Assembly (NCBI GenBank): GCA_013239625.1 | Contig: MU055356.1 | Location: forward strand, 3,612,575 to 3,676,574 | Reading direction: 5' to 3' | DNA: 64,000 bases | DNA from: Lama guanicoe | Taxonomy: Eukaryota | Shown here: one piece after another, positions 38,131 to 50,862 of the stretch | Numbering within the stretch: position 1 is the stretch's first letter | Layout of the letters: each line of letters starts with the position of its first letter | Notes under the pieces: model-generated | The model's database searches: none | What the model was told of the DNA's origin: nothing | What the model saw: the letters and a program-made list of their open reading frames with translations, nothing else | Program-made: the position numbers and the translations under genes

Positions 38131-40502
38131 CAGGCATACCTCGGAGATACTGTGCGTTCAATTTCTAACTCCTACAATAAAGTGAATATTGCAATAAAGT
38201 GAGTCACAAAATTTTTTGGTTTCTCAACGCATGAAAAGTTATGTTTACACTACACTGTAGTCTATTAAGTGTGCAATAGTGTTATGTCTTTTAACATGTA
38301 TATACCTTAATTTTAAAATACTTTATTGTCAAAAGGTGCTAACCTGATGGAGCCTTTATCAAGCTGTTATCTTTTCTCTGGTGGAGGGTCTTGCTTCGAT
38401 GTTGACGGNNNNNNNNNNNNNNNNNNNNNNNNNNNNNNNNNNNNNNNNNNNNNNNNNNNNNNNNNNNNNNNNNNNNNNNNNNNNNNNNNNNNNNNNNNNN
38501 NNNNNNNNNNNNNNNNNNNNNNNNNNNNNNNNNNNNNNNNNNNNNNNNNNNNNNNNNNNNNNNNNNNNNNNNAACATTGGAATCAGTCCTCTCAAACCCT
38601 GCCTCTGCTTTACCAACTAAGTTTACGTGGTATTCTAAATCTTTCATTGTCATTTCAACCATCTTCACAGCATCCTTACCAGGAATAGATTCTATCTCAA
38701 GAAATCACTTTCTTTGCTCATCTACAAGCAGCGAATCCTCATCCATCAAAGTTTTGTCATGAGATCACAGCACTTTAGTCACACCTTCAGGCTCCACTTC
38801 TAATTCTAGCTCTCTTGCTATTTCACTACATCTGTAGTTATGTCCTCNNNNNNNNNNNNNNNNNNNNNNNNNNNNNNNNNNNNNNNNNNNNNNNNNNNNN
38901 NNNNNNNNNNNNNNNNNNNNNNNNNNNNNNNNNNNNNNNNNNNNNNNNNNNNNNNNNNNNNNNNNNNNNNNNNNNNNNNNNNNNNNNNNNNNNNNNNNNN
39001 NNNNNNNNNNNNNNNNNNNNNNNNNNNNNNNNNNNNNNNNNNNNNNNNNNNNNNNNNNNNNNNNNNNNNNNNNNNNNNNNNNNNNNNNNNNNNNCTTGGT
39101 CCACAGGCTGCAGAATGGATATTCTGTGCTAAAGTTGGTATGAAAATAGCATTTTTAATCTCATTGACCATCTCCATCAGAGTTCTTGGGTGATCAGATG
39201 CATTGTCAACTGATCAGTAATTTCTGAAAAAAAATCTTTTTTCTTCTGAGCAATAGATCTCAACAGTGGGCTTAAAATATTCAGTAAAACATGTCATAAG
39301 CAGATGAGCTGTCATCCAGGCTTTCTTGTTCCATTTATAGAGCAAAGAGTAGATTTAGCACAATTCTTGAGGACCTTAGAATTTTCAGAATGTAAATGAA
39401 CACTGGCTTCAACTTAAAGTCACCAACTACATTAGCCCCTAACAAAAGAGTCAGCCTGTCCTTTAAAGCTTTGAAGCCAGCCACTGACTTGCCCTCTCTA
39501 GCCATGAAAGTCCTTGATGACATCTTCTTCCAATAATAAGGCTGTTTTGCCTGCACTGAAAATCTGTTGTTTAATGTGGCCACCTTCGTTGATTAACTTA
39601 GCAAGATCTTCTGGAGAACTTGCTGTAGCTACCTTGTACTTTTATGTTGTGGAGTTGGCTTCTTTCCTTAAGCCTCATGAACCAGCCTCTGCTGTTTCTG
39701 TTTCAAACTTTTCTCCTGCAGCTTCCTCACGTCTCTCAGCCTTCACAGAGCTGAAGAGAGTTCGGGCCTTGTTCTGCATTAGGCTTTGGCTTAAGGGAAG
39801 GTTGTAGCTGGTTTGATCTTCTATCTAGACTACTAAAATCTTCTACATCTCAGCAATAATGTCATTTCACTTTCTTAACATTCTCATGTGTTCACTGGAG
39901 TAGACATTTTGATTTCCTTCAAGAACCTTTCCTTTGCATTTACAACGTGGCTAACTGTTTGGTGCAAGCAGCCTAGCTTTCAGCCTGTCTCAGCTTCCGA
40001 TGTGAGATCCCTGCTAAGCTTCATTATTTCTACCTTTTGATTTAAAGTGAGAGATATGAGGCCCTTCCTTTCCCTTGAATGCTCAGAGGTCACCATAGGA
40101 TTATTAACCAGCCTAATTTCAATATTTTTGTGTCTTGGGGAATAGGGAGGCTAGAGGGGAGGGAGAGAGACCAGGGGTTTGGTGAATTGGTGGAGCAGTC
40201 AGAACACACACAACATTTATCAATTAAGTTCACCATCCTATATGGGCGCTGTTCCTGGTGCCCCAAAACAAGTATAACAGTTACATCAAGGATCACCATA
40301 ACAATATCATATAATGAAAAAGTTTGAAAAACTGTGAGAATTACCAAAATATGACACAGAGACACTAAGTGAACAAACGCTGTTCAAATAATGGTGCCAA
40401 TAGCCTTGTTGGATCCAGGGTTTCCACAATTCTTCAATTTGTGGGAAATACAGCATCTGTGCAGCACAACAGAGTGTAGTGCAGTAAAAGGAGGTGTGTC
40501 TA
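38131..40502 (-). mobile_element. Near full-length Tigger1 (TcMar-Tigger) with decayed transposase, inserted in a MIR
   Basis: TIRs CAGGCATACCTC and GAGGTGTGTCTA; ~2.37 kb including two gaps; transposase remnant [48 protein letters not shown] (ORF 39335-39583). Confidence 0.95.
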
Positions 40503-42627
40503 TGAGCCTGTCATGTAGACACCATCATTACCACTGTCACAAATAAAGCCACCAATGCTCAGAGACACTAGATAATTCAGCCAAGATCTCAGAACCAGCA
40601 AGAGAAGACGACTCCTTACACACGTAATTGTGAAGCTCCTGTTGCTCCTAGCAATCTCAAAAGAGTTTCACCTAGCAGGGCACGTGCTGGTAGGCCCATT
40701 TCTAAATGAAGAAACCAAAAATCAGAAAGTCAAACTGCCTTTCTAGTGCATACTAGAGCCAGAACTCAAATTTAGAGCTTTTCGACCACACCACAGTTGG
40801 TATAATCTGAAGAGAATGATTTGTAATAGAGATTTCATTGAAAGTCTGTGACATTCTGAAGATAGAGCTTAAATTAATAAATAAAAATAATGCATTTTCT
40901 TTCTTTCCTTTTTTTTTTACCCTTTTTGGCTCATTGGTAAATAGACTGTGTAAGTTTATTTTATTTGTGAATTCAACTATTGTACTGAAAGTACAAAGGG
41001 ATATAATTGAGATAAACTAAAAACATAATAAATGAACTAAAAATATACCATTTTCACAAGGGAANNNNNNNNNNNNNNNNNNNNNNNNNNNNNNNNNNNN
41101 NNNNNNNNNNNNNNNNNNNNNNNNNNNNNNNNNNNNNNNNNNNNNNNNNNNNNNNNNNNNNNNNNNNNNNNNNNNNNNNNNNNNNNNNNNNNNNNNNNNN
41201 NNNNNNNNNNNNNNNNNNNNTCACGAAATGTAACAGAATATCGTGTGTTACTCATANNNNNNNNNNNNNNNNNNNNNNNNNNNNNNNNNNNNNNNNNNNN
41301 NNNNNNNNNNNNNNNNNNNNNNNNNNNNNNNNNNNNNNNNNNNNNNNNNNNNNNNNNNNNNNNNNNNNNNNNNNNNNNNNNNNNNNNNNNNNNNNNNNNN
41401 NNNNNNNNNNNNTAGAGTGTATAAAGAAGATTTAAAATATAGTGCTTATTTTTCCCACTTAAAAAAATGAAAAAGGAACATTCAGGAACCATACAGGAAA
41501 GCTGTAAATTAGCTATATCCTGATCTGCTTCATGTATGTTTCATTATGTAATGTGGAAGAAACAAGATACCACAGCCCAACAAAGAACTGTTTGATACCA
41601 AGAGCTTCAGAGTCAGAGAGACAGGGGTTGCCCCGGTCACTAAGTATGGACGACTTGTCAGGGCAACGTCAAGGCAATGTCAGGGGTTAACATTAGACAT
41701 CACTGTTTGGAGATTCTCAAGTCAAGATACCTGAAGGCCATCTTGGGAATGCTTATGGACATTATTTAGGCTGTAAATTCTCCAAGGACAGAGCTGTGGC
41801 AGTTAAGAATGTGAACAGTGGAATCAGATAGAACCTACATTTGTACCCCAGTCCTGTAATTCACGAGGTCCATGACCTTAGGAAAATCACTTAACCTCTC
41901 TGAGCCTTCATTTCCTCACTTCTTAAATACTCAATACTCAACAGAGTCCATGATTTCCCACCTCCAGTTAGGTAAAGTCTAATTTGCTTAGCATCCTTCC
42001 CAAGCTGGCTCTAAACAACCACACTAGCCTCACCTCACTCCACTCTCTACTTCTTGGACTCCAGCCTCTCAAAAGACTCTGCCTTTCTTGAGTCACACCC
42101 CTACCATTCCTCCTGTTTACCACCTACTATCTGCTGTGTCCCGCTGTGTTCAACAGGCAAACACCAAATAGCTCTCAGTATTTACCTCTCCCATCCTATG
42201 GTGTATATCTTAACTTCTGCCCCTTTGTAGTGTTGTTATCCTGACTTTTGCATTTCCCAAACAATGTGCCCCTTTTTTATTGATGGCTTTTTATGTGGAG
42301 AGTCTAAAAGTCCCCCTCTAGACTGAGCTTCTCAAGATTCTAGGTGTCTCTTTTGTCCTCCATCTCCTGGTGCCCTACACAGCCCCGCACAATCGCTGGT
42401 ATATATAATGTTTATTGAAACAAACAAACAAACACATGAAATTCAAATAAAATTTTAAGCCCTGACATTGGAATACTGATATTAGAGAGAAATATGTTAG
42501 ACATAAGAAAAAGAGTTCAAACATGTCAAAATCTTCTGCTCCCCCCAAATGTGCATTTGTTAAATAGAAGGTGCGAGTTAACAGGTGATTTTCTGTGACT
42601 CCAGTTACTCTGAGCACAAAGACATAC

Positions 42628-42837
42628 AACTTGGTGTACTGTGCCGTTGAACTGAATGCCGCTGGAACAAGCTTGAAGCCACACTGGGCACAGAGAGGAA
42701 ATGGGTAGCTAGCAGTTGAGCAGGGTAGAACACAAAACGAGTTCTTGTTTGTTCGCTCAGATTAGAATTGAAATTATGCTGAACAACGCAAGCCTCTGTT
42801 CTCATGACCATCACCCTGTACCAGCAGAGCATCACCC
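42628..42837 (-). pseudogene. Exon relic L (210 bp, phase 1-1): VMLCWYRVMVMRTEACVVQHNFNSNLSEQTRTRFVFYPAQLLATHFLSVPSVASSLFQRHSVQRHSTPS
   Basis: gatttttcttctcAG acceptor; GTT|GTATGT donor; open frame (ORF 42605-42880). Confidence 0.65.
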
Positions 42838-42921
42838 CTGAGAAGAAAAATCTGCCCCTGTGTTGGCCAAAGCTTGACATTCCTTAGGCCAGGTGCTGCG
42901 GTGCGGCCGCAGGTGTTGCTC

Positions 42922-42940
42922 TGCCCAGCAGAGGGCGCAC
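42922..42940 (+). promoter_or_regulatory. CTCF-type core motif
   Basis: TGCCCAGCAGAGGGCGCAC fits CCASYAGRKGGCRS and sits in a small CpG-rich patch (~42895-43060). Confidence 0.65.
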
Positions 42941-45878
42941 AGCCCCCAACACCGACTGAGGCGGGTCAACGAAACCCGTGGGGCTGGGGCGACGTTACTC
43001 AAGGAACCAAAGCCTCGGAATCCGGGTCAGCGCGCTGACCTCCTGTCCTCGCCCGCTTCCTGGCACTCTGTTATGTTCTTCCCACTCACAATGAGGTGTT
43101 AGTGAACTCCCAGATCGCAGGCACACCAGCTTTGGAGCAAATGGGGAAGAGGGCAAAGGGGAAGCTGTTCACTTAGGAGTGTGATAATTGCTTGGAAAAG
43201 GAAATTTAACTCATTCCTACTTAGCATTACAGCTACAGAAAGCATCCCAAACTGGCTGTATCATATGTTCTGATTGCGCCCTAAGAGCAGATAAGGGGGT
43301 AATAGAGGTGGAGGCTTTCAAAATGCCCCTCCCTCCAACCTGCAGGAAAATGATTTTCTGCTCTTAAAGATTTAATTTAGATATTTTAGGCATCAGAAGT
43401 GTGGCATTAAAGTCATCAGGCTATTCAAAGGCTGAATGAGGGTAAACTCCTTCCCCCAAATAACATTTACAAGTTATCAGGGGTAACTAGCAGAAGAGGG
43501 GGAAACAATGGGACATCCTCTTATATTCTAAAGACACAGGCTTCTGGTGTCCAACGTAAGAGTAAGGGCCATTGATCTAGAAAGGCAAAACAAAAAATAA
43601 ACCAGATTCACGTAGCTCTCAAGGCACCCACAAGGGCCCTCTCTGTGCTTTGTTTGAGAGGAACAAAGGAACATCACAGTCCTGACAGAGGGAGCTCGTT
43701 TGTCTGCTCTGTTAACCCCAGAACCTGCTGAGAGGAAGCAGAGAGCAAGGGCTGCTCGTTAACAACACTCAGAAGGAGCACGCAAAATAGTGTCTCATGC
43801 CGTCAAAATACACCGCAGGCGGAGACGAGAGGTCTTCAGGGCATCTTAACCTGCGTTGAGGAGCCCCGCTCCCCTCCTGTGTGAGGTGCTAGGAGCAGAA
43901 TGGGGGATATTGCTGGAAGGCTGGGGGTGCTTCCAGCTGCCTGGAGAACAGAGCGGGGAGCTGGGGGCAGTGGCATAACTCAGCTTTAATCGTGCTAAGG
44001 GGGTGTGATTTTAACCCGATGCCAAAAGAAGCCACTGAAGAATCTTAAAACAGGAGGGTGACATGATTAGATTTGCATGTTGGGAAGATCCCTCTGGAAA
44101 TAGCAAGAGAGTGAGGCAAGCTTGTCCGTATCAAATATGAAATGTTCAATTAGATGTCATTATTAATTGAACATTACTAATTAGGACAAGGCTTATTAGC
44201 AAGATCATGAATTTGTTTTGAAAAGCAAAACACACCAGCTAAGAGTGGGGAGTTTTTCCATTTCTAGTACACTTGCTTTGCCCTAGGCCCAGGGCCCCAT
44301 GCCTTGCACAAACCCAAGGGCCACCATTTTTATAGACCGCCAGGCCTAGAACCGTCTAAACTCAGAATAAAATCTCAAGTGACCTGACTTGCAGCCCTAC
44401 TTTCCAATTATAAAGCCATTATTTATTATACAGAAACTTAATTTAATTTCACAGATATTTTTGGAGCAGTTACTATGTTGAAACCATTGTGCACGACTCT
44501 GCTGGGGACCCTGAGATTAATAAAACACAACCTCTGTCTTCTAGAAATTCACAGACTATTTCAAATCAAGTAAAGAGGAAAACACTTTTTCAATGGATTA
44601 TCCTGGGCAAAGAAAAACACCAATGAAAGTGTACTTTTTGTTATTACCATTTGTAAAATATTTTCATATGTAGCTAAGCCCTTTTAGTCTCTAACACCCA
44701 ATTCCCCAAGCATAAACATAGAGTTTGAATTTAGGAAAATCAAACTTAAATCAATGCTTTCTTCCTATATTCTTAGGTTGTATTTCTCCTAAAAATGGAG
44801 GCAAGATATCCTAAAAGCACCTAACGCCAAGTTCGAGAATAACTGTAAATGAGAAATTTATCTTATTCCTCCTAGAATTCAAACTTCTCCTAGAAGTTAA
44901 AAAGCTTAGATGACAGTTCTGGTCCCTCAGACCTATTTATGCTTAAAATGACGATGCCAGCCCACCTGCTCTGAAATCGCATCACTACTGCCTGTCAGAA
45001 AAGCAGCCACCAGGAGCATTAGGAAGACTCCTGTCATTTCCAGGAAGTGAGTAGACAAAACCCAAGGCCATTGTTCTGTTGTGAAGGATGCTGAGGCTGC
45101 TATAAATAATGTCCAGGATGGCACAGCTAACCCCATGGAAGGGAGAGAGAGTGCATCTAGGAACAATTGAAGTAGATGAGAAGAATGAAGTATCTCAGAA
45201 AAGAAGGAAACAGTTCTAGCAGGTTCTGCTGAGGCCACTACGACTTCCTACTGCTTCAGTGACTCAGGTTTTGGGTTTGTTTGTTCGCTTGCTTGCTCTT
45301 TCCCATGCCTGGAGGACGTATAGACGCATAGCTCGAGGGTAGACCTACAACTCACTCCTACGTGATAGCAGACAAAATGGGGGGAGAAAGGAAATCTATG
45401 AGATTATTTAAGGCAAAACCACGCTTAAAAGCTTTGAAGTAGTGTCATATGAAGAGGCCTTCAAAATAATAACATAAATTAGCATTTTTAGCTCCAGTAC
45501 AAAATTGAGTTTGTTTATAAAAGACCAAAGGAACGATTTTGAACTTGACATGCTAGATAGATGCTTAGAAATGAAAACTTTCAGGCAAAAGGCAATTCTG
45601 GATTTTTAAATACACTTTGAATTTGAACATTTGAATGTTTAGATCTTAATTTTGTGTTACATTTTACAGGCTTAGGCTCTCCTCGGCAGAGCTGCTGTCA
45701 TCCAGCACTGGAAGGGAGAGGAGTGAGGTTAGGTCTACTCCACATCGTGGAATTTTGTGTTAATGAATCACAATGTGAAGCCAGGGTTTTGTGTGGTGAA
45801 CATTAATATTTCCATAACAGATGCAAAACCTTCAGAAAATGCTTCTAAGCAGTATTGTTTTGTCACTCAGAAACCCAC

Positions 45879-45994
45879 TACACGAGCCCCACATGGATCT
45901 GTGGCAAAGACATTTGTGCTTGGTGGATACGGTCCGCAGGGGAGCCTGGTGTCTGCAGGTCCACAGTTCTCCCTGAGGTTCTGGATCAGATGAG
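45879..45994 (-). pseudogene. Exon relic K (116 bp, phase 2-1): SSDPEPQGELWTCRHQAPLRTVSTKHKCLCHRSMWGSC
   Basis: gacctgaagctcctAG acceptor; GTA|GTGGGT donor; open frame bridging the phases of J and L. Confidence 0.5.
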
Positions 45995-46563
45995 CTAGGA
46001 GCTTCAGGTCAACACAAGGCGTAAGAGAAACATGAATGACGGGAATTTTTAGACTGCACCTCCAGATGTCAAACACAGCATATTTCCGACTTGTGTTAAC
46101 TATTACCCTAGAAGCTAGGTGCTTGCTTTTGCATATGTATCTGCAGGACTCTACATGTGGCTTGACTGTGTTTGCTTCTCTACTACCAAGAGCAGTTCTA
46201 AGTTTCATGGAAATATGTGACCTAAAAACATAGCCCCTTTCTCCTCTTCCTTTCTAGAATCAGCTGCAGATCCACAGGGTTCCATCTGTGTCACTAATAC
46301 ATCAGAAAGACACACATGTACCATGACAGCAATACATGTTATGTTTCAACAACAACAAGAAAACCAGAACAGAGTATTAAACTCAAGCACTAAAAAATGC
46401 ACTATTATACAAATCAAAGTAAAGACGGATTTTTTAAAAACTGTCTAATTAGAGAATTTTGAGCACCACCCTCACCCCCTGGACATACCTACTTCCTTTA
46501 CACACATGAATGCTTACTCAGTTGAATCTTATCCACAAGGCTCAGGAGGAAAAGCATTTCTAC

Positions 46564-46723
46564 CTTGATTCTTTAGAAATTCTGAATGTGTATGTCCACT
46601 TCGCCAAGGGGGAAAAAGTGGCTTACTCTGATTTTAATGAATTCTGTTTTTCCCCCAAGTGTTTAAGGCTTGATTTTTTTGAATCACATAGGAAGTCCAG
46701 TCTTAAGTGTCCTGTGTTTCCAG
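46564..46723 (-). pseudogene. Exon relic J: GNTGHLRLDFLCDSKKSSLKHLGEKQNSLKS(E*ATFSPLAKWTYTFRISKES), phase 1-2
   Basis: tgttgccttttctccAG acceptor; two phase-2 donors, AGA|GTAAGC (exon end 46627) or AAG|GTAGAA (46564). Confidence 0.65.
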
Positions 46724-46846
46724 CTGGAGAAAAGGCAACAGGGATATTTTACTACTTTATCCCCTAAACTGATGTGAAAGCCCTGGAGATTAAACTGATG
46801 CATGGAGGTTCTCTCATACAACTTGTGACATTTACAAAATTAATAC

Positions 46847-47139
46847 CTTGGATGATATTCTGCAAATGATGTGGTGACATCAGCCTTGATAACCCATTCA
46901 TCTAGCAACAGTGACATGCTGGATTCTGATGGAGGGATTTTCAGCACATGCTCTGCAGCTGGGTTAAAAAAAGAAGAGACTCGCATGCAGTCACTTCTCA
47001 GATGTGCAGGGAGCCAGCCTGAGTCTAAATTAGGGTTTGCAAGCACCTGATGAAAGGATGGATAAGAACTCTGGTGTACATGCTTTTGTTGTTGGAAATT
47101 TTTGCTTGTATTTGTTTGTTGGGGGTGAGGGGTGGATTC
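46847..47139 (-). pseudogene. Exon relic I (293 bp): ESTPHPQQTNTSKNFQQQKHVHQSSYPSFHQVLANPNLDSGWLPAHLRSDCMRVSSFF...
   Basis: ttttattactcattttcAG acceptor, phase 0; 97 open codons (part of ORF 46840-47463); AAG|GTATTA donor. Joining exon J needs one internal frameshift. Confidence 0.7.
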
Positions 47140-49184
47140 CTGAAAATGAGTAATAAAATAGTTTTGCATACATTTCCAGGAAGGGACTGTGACAGGCAGA
47201 AAAGTCTCTAGTCTATCGCAGGTACAGGTCCCAGAAAGACGGGGTGCTTTCCTTAATGGGCACAAGGAATTTGCTCCAGGGCCCAAGAGACAAAGTCTAA
47301 CTACAAAGAGGAAGAGAGACGTTCGCCTCACTGTGTGCAACCCAGCGTAGCTTCCCCACAATGAGATATGCGAGGATCCTGGCACCATGTTCACCGGGAA
47401 GAGCGAGCTTGAAGAGGGTGGGTGCCAGCTTTTCTGACACAGACACCATGGCGGCCCCGACACTGCCTCTAACTGACTTTCTGGCGTTTCAACCCCAACA
47501 AGGGGGTCAGAGCTAGAATGGGGAAAGTAAGAAAGGACTGCTTAAGAGTGGGACGAGAAACCTGGAATTACATAGTAAGCAGAGATGCTATTACAATTTA
47601 GTATGTATTATTCACAAGCCAGTAAGCCTAGGGAATCTTGGTTGAGAAATAAAAAAACAACTGGATTTTCAGTTTGTTTCTAGAAGAAGTAAGAGAGTCT
47701 CAAAGAAGAAAATCAGACAGGCAGCTTAGGGGAAGAGAAAGAAGACTTGTAATCAATAAGGATACTTGTATTACTCAGAATCATGCTCCTCCAGGAAATC
47801 TTGTAAAACAAACCCATCTGGAAGGGGCCGAACCGCCTTCTGGGGGACCAGCTTTGGTGCTGAAGTTAATATGAGCCCCAGAGCAACAGCAAGTAAACCA
47901 CTGCAATTTGGTGCAAAAAGCATAGCTACCATCTAACCTCCCACGCTTCATTTCCTCCACGTTAAATAGAGACATTCCTAGCTCTCCAATTTATAGTCAA
48001 CAATCTAATTTCCTAATGAATGAGAATGCACAAGCTACCCACAGACTTCTCAGAAAATTCCCCCAAGACAGTCGTGTCCTGTGGCAAGGAGAACAAAACG
48101 GGTGGCAAGCAAATCTCAAGCAGCAGTTTTGAAGGCTTCCCTTAAGAGTGCTGCTTTCAACCTCCCTTTCTTGTGTCTGACCACAAAGCTGGGGTGCTTC
48201 CTGCAGCATCTGAAAGGGGCGGCAGGAACAAGAGACAGCCTTCTGTTCAGAAGGCAGTGAAGAGGAAGGTGAGCCACTTTCAGGCTTCCCTTACATACAA
48301 CTCCCCATCTATAGCTTCCATCACATTTAGAATGGTGGTTGGAAAAGGATACAGTCTTGGAGACAATGGAGATGTTCTCTTTAGGACTCACTGTACCTTC
48401 GTTAGTATTTTTTTGGATGAATTTTGATAGACGTATACACCCATGAAACAAACCACCACCACAATCAAGGTAGCTAATATTCCCATCACTTCCCCAGAGG
48501 TGCAGTTCCTTTGTTAGCATTTTAAAAGTCCAATCTGCTCCCTCCCTCCAGCTAAGTCTAAAGAGAACTTCTCAATTCTAGAAGTCATGGATCACATGTG
48601 AGAGGTCTGGAAGCTGGCACCCTATATACAGCGAAGCTGCGTTCGGGATGGTGGTTGTCATTTACTGGTCAAAGTTACCATCGTACATCACCTTCTTTAC
48701 TGTCTTATTTTCCAAATAATATCCTACAGTTATTTCTCACTCCCTACACATCCGAATAAACTCCTTTCCAAGTGGATGTTTCATCAGATCCCCACCTGCT
48801 CCCATTCTCAAATCACTTTTTCCTTAATATTTTTAAGTCTACGCAAACAGTCACTTTTCCTATAGTGCCTTTCTCCAGTTTTCTACTAGGAAAAAAAATC
48901 AAATACTTTGAGGCTCAAATGAATGATCACTTTCTGTGAAGCCCCACCTCTAGTCAGCTTTCACAAGAGCTCCAACCTCTATAATAATGATATGGCGTGT
49001 CGATATCTGTCTTGGTGAGCAAGGATCAAGGCACTGATTTCCTCCCTTGCAGCAGCCAAGATTACGAAAATCTCTCTGATGAATCATGACTTAACTATGA
49101 TCTACTGATAGACTAGGGTTTCGAGTACTCAGAGAGGGACCCACCATGGCCAGATAATTAGGAGCAAGGTGGGATTCCAGTATA

Positions 49185-50139
49185 CAGTTCACCCTTGAAC
49201 AACATGGGTTTGAACTGCACAGGTCCACTTACAGATTTTTTTTTTCAATAAATAGATTGAAAGACTTTTCAGAGGTTTCTGACTACGGAAAAAACCTGCA
49301 GACGAACTGCGTAGCTGAGAGGTATCAAAAAATTAAGGAAAAGTTGTCATGAATGCATAAAATATATGTAGATGTTAATCCATCCTCACATAGGCATAAG
49401 GTAAGTCATATTCAATATAAAAATAATATGTTACTTTTCCCACTGTTCTATAACTTTACTTTCAAACAATCACATTACAGTGTAGCCCTCTGTCACTCAT
49501 AATTGCAGAAAATGTCCATCAGTCTCCCACCACAAAGAAGTGTTTTTTAATGTAACAATGTTTCCAATACTATATTATGAATATGACTGCAATATTGTAT
49601 GCTGTAAAATTTTTATAATGATTCATTCATTACTCTATAGCCTGGGATACCATGAAGCAATCATACTGCTGCTTCATCATTTTCAATGCATGCATCATTC
49701 TATCTGTAAATAAATACGAATTTACTTTTCACATTATCTTTTCATTTTGGATGTCCAGTGTTAGAAATTCATACAACATCTATCATGTTTTACATCATAT
49801 AAGACAACACAGATGCAGGTAATGATAGACAATTTGTCTTGTAAAAAGACAATGTCAACTAACTGTATCGATAAATACAGCCCAGTGCTGTAAAAGTATT
49901 TTCTCTTCCTTATGAATGTCCTAATAATATTTGCTTTTCTCTGGCTTATTTTATTGTAAATATACAGTATGTAATAGATATAACATACAAAATATATGTT
50001 AACTGACTAGTTTATGTAAGGTTCTGGTCGACAGTAGGCTGTTAGTAGTTAAATATTGGGGGAATCAAAAGTCATAGGTAGATTTTGTACTGCACAGGGG
50101 GTGGGCACCCCTAACACTTGTGTTGTTCAAGGTCAGCTG
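49185..50139. mobile_element. Tigger2-derived non-autonomous element (~955 bp)
   Basis: TA|CAGTTCACCCTTGAACAACATGGGTTTGAACTGCACAGGTCCACTTA ... TGTTGTTCAAGGTCAGCTG terminal inverted repeats. Confidence 0.9.
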
Positions 50140-50483
50140 TGAGTTCTGCGGCTCAGTTCCCCTTTCACACTGCTACACTCTGAGCAATGGCTAAGCATGC
50201 AAGTGTGCATTTGAACAGCTGATACCCTGACATGTGGCATTACCATGCAGAGATCTGGACCAGCAAGAGTCGTTTCAATCTAGTGGACTAAAATGGGCAC
50301 ACGATATGGCAGAGATGGAGAAAAGACAGTAGTGGGTTGATAAGACTTCAGTGTTTTTTCTGATAGCTTTGGATAAAATAAGACAGGACTGGTGGCGGGG
50401 GTGGTGGTCAAGCTGATGGAGAAGACAGATTACTATCTTTGAGATTATCTTATTTTTGGAAAAATAAGAAAAGTATTTCTTAT

Positions 50484-50862
50484 AGCAGTCAGGATAGGCT
50501 AGATTATGCTACAGTTACAACAACTCCAAATCTTGATGGCTTAAATCAACGAAGATTCATTTCTTTCCCATGCTAAATGACAACTTTGGGTCAGTAGCGG
50601 ACTTCCCTCCATTTAATCACTCTGGGACCAGGTTGACAGAGAAGCGCTATCTCAAGCATTCACCAGTCCACCATGCCAAGGAGAGTGAGAACTCTGCAGT
50701 CTCAGATCGGATATTAATTGCTCTGGTCTGAAAATGACATACAGCCTCCGTTCACAACACTTTGGCCAGATCAAGTCACGCGGTCCCATCCCACTCTATG
50801 AAAGCCAGGAAGCATAAAGCTGGAGGCATAAAGCTGGAGATACTTGGTAAACAGCACTGACT
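50484..50862 (-). mobile_element. MLT1J/K-like MaLR LTR
   Basis: AGTCAGGATAGGCTAGATTATGCTACAGTTACAACAACTCCAAATCTTGATGGCTTAA...CATTTCTT...TTGGCCAGATCAAGTCACGCGGTCCCA. Confidence 0.8.

Noticed and set aside
38326-41492. ORFs containing X runs
   Set aside because: Artefacts of translating through N gaps, partly decayed Tigger1 transposase.
46840-47463. 207-aa ORF as a standalone gene
   Set aside because: It starts at a non-ATG codon, and its N-terminal half reads through intron-like sequence including the polypyrimidine acceptor; only 46847-47139 looks exonic.
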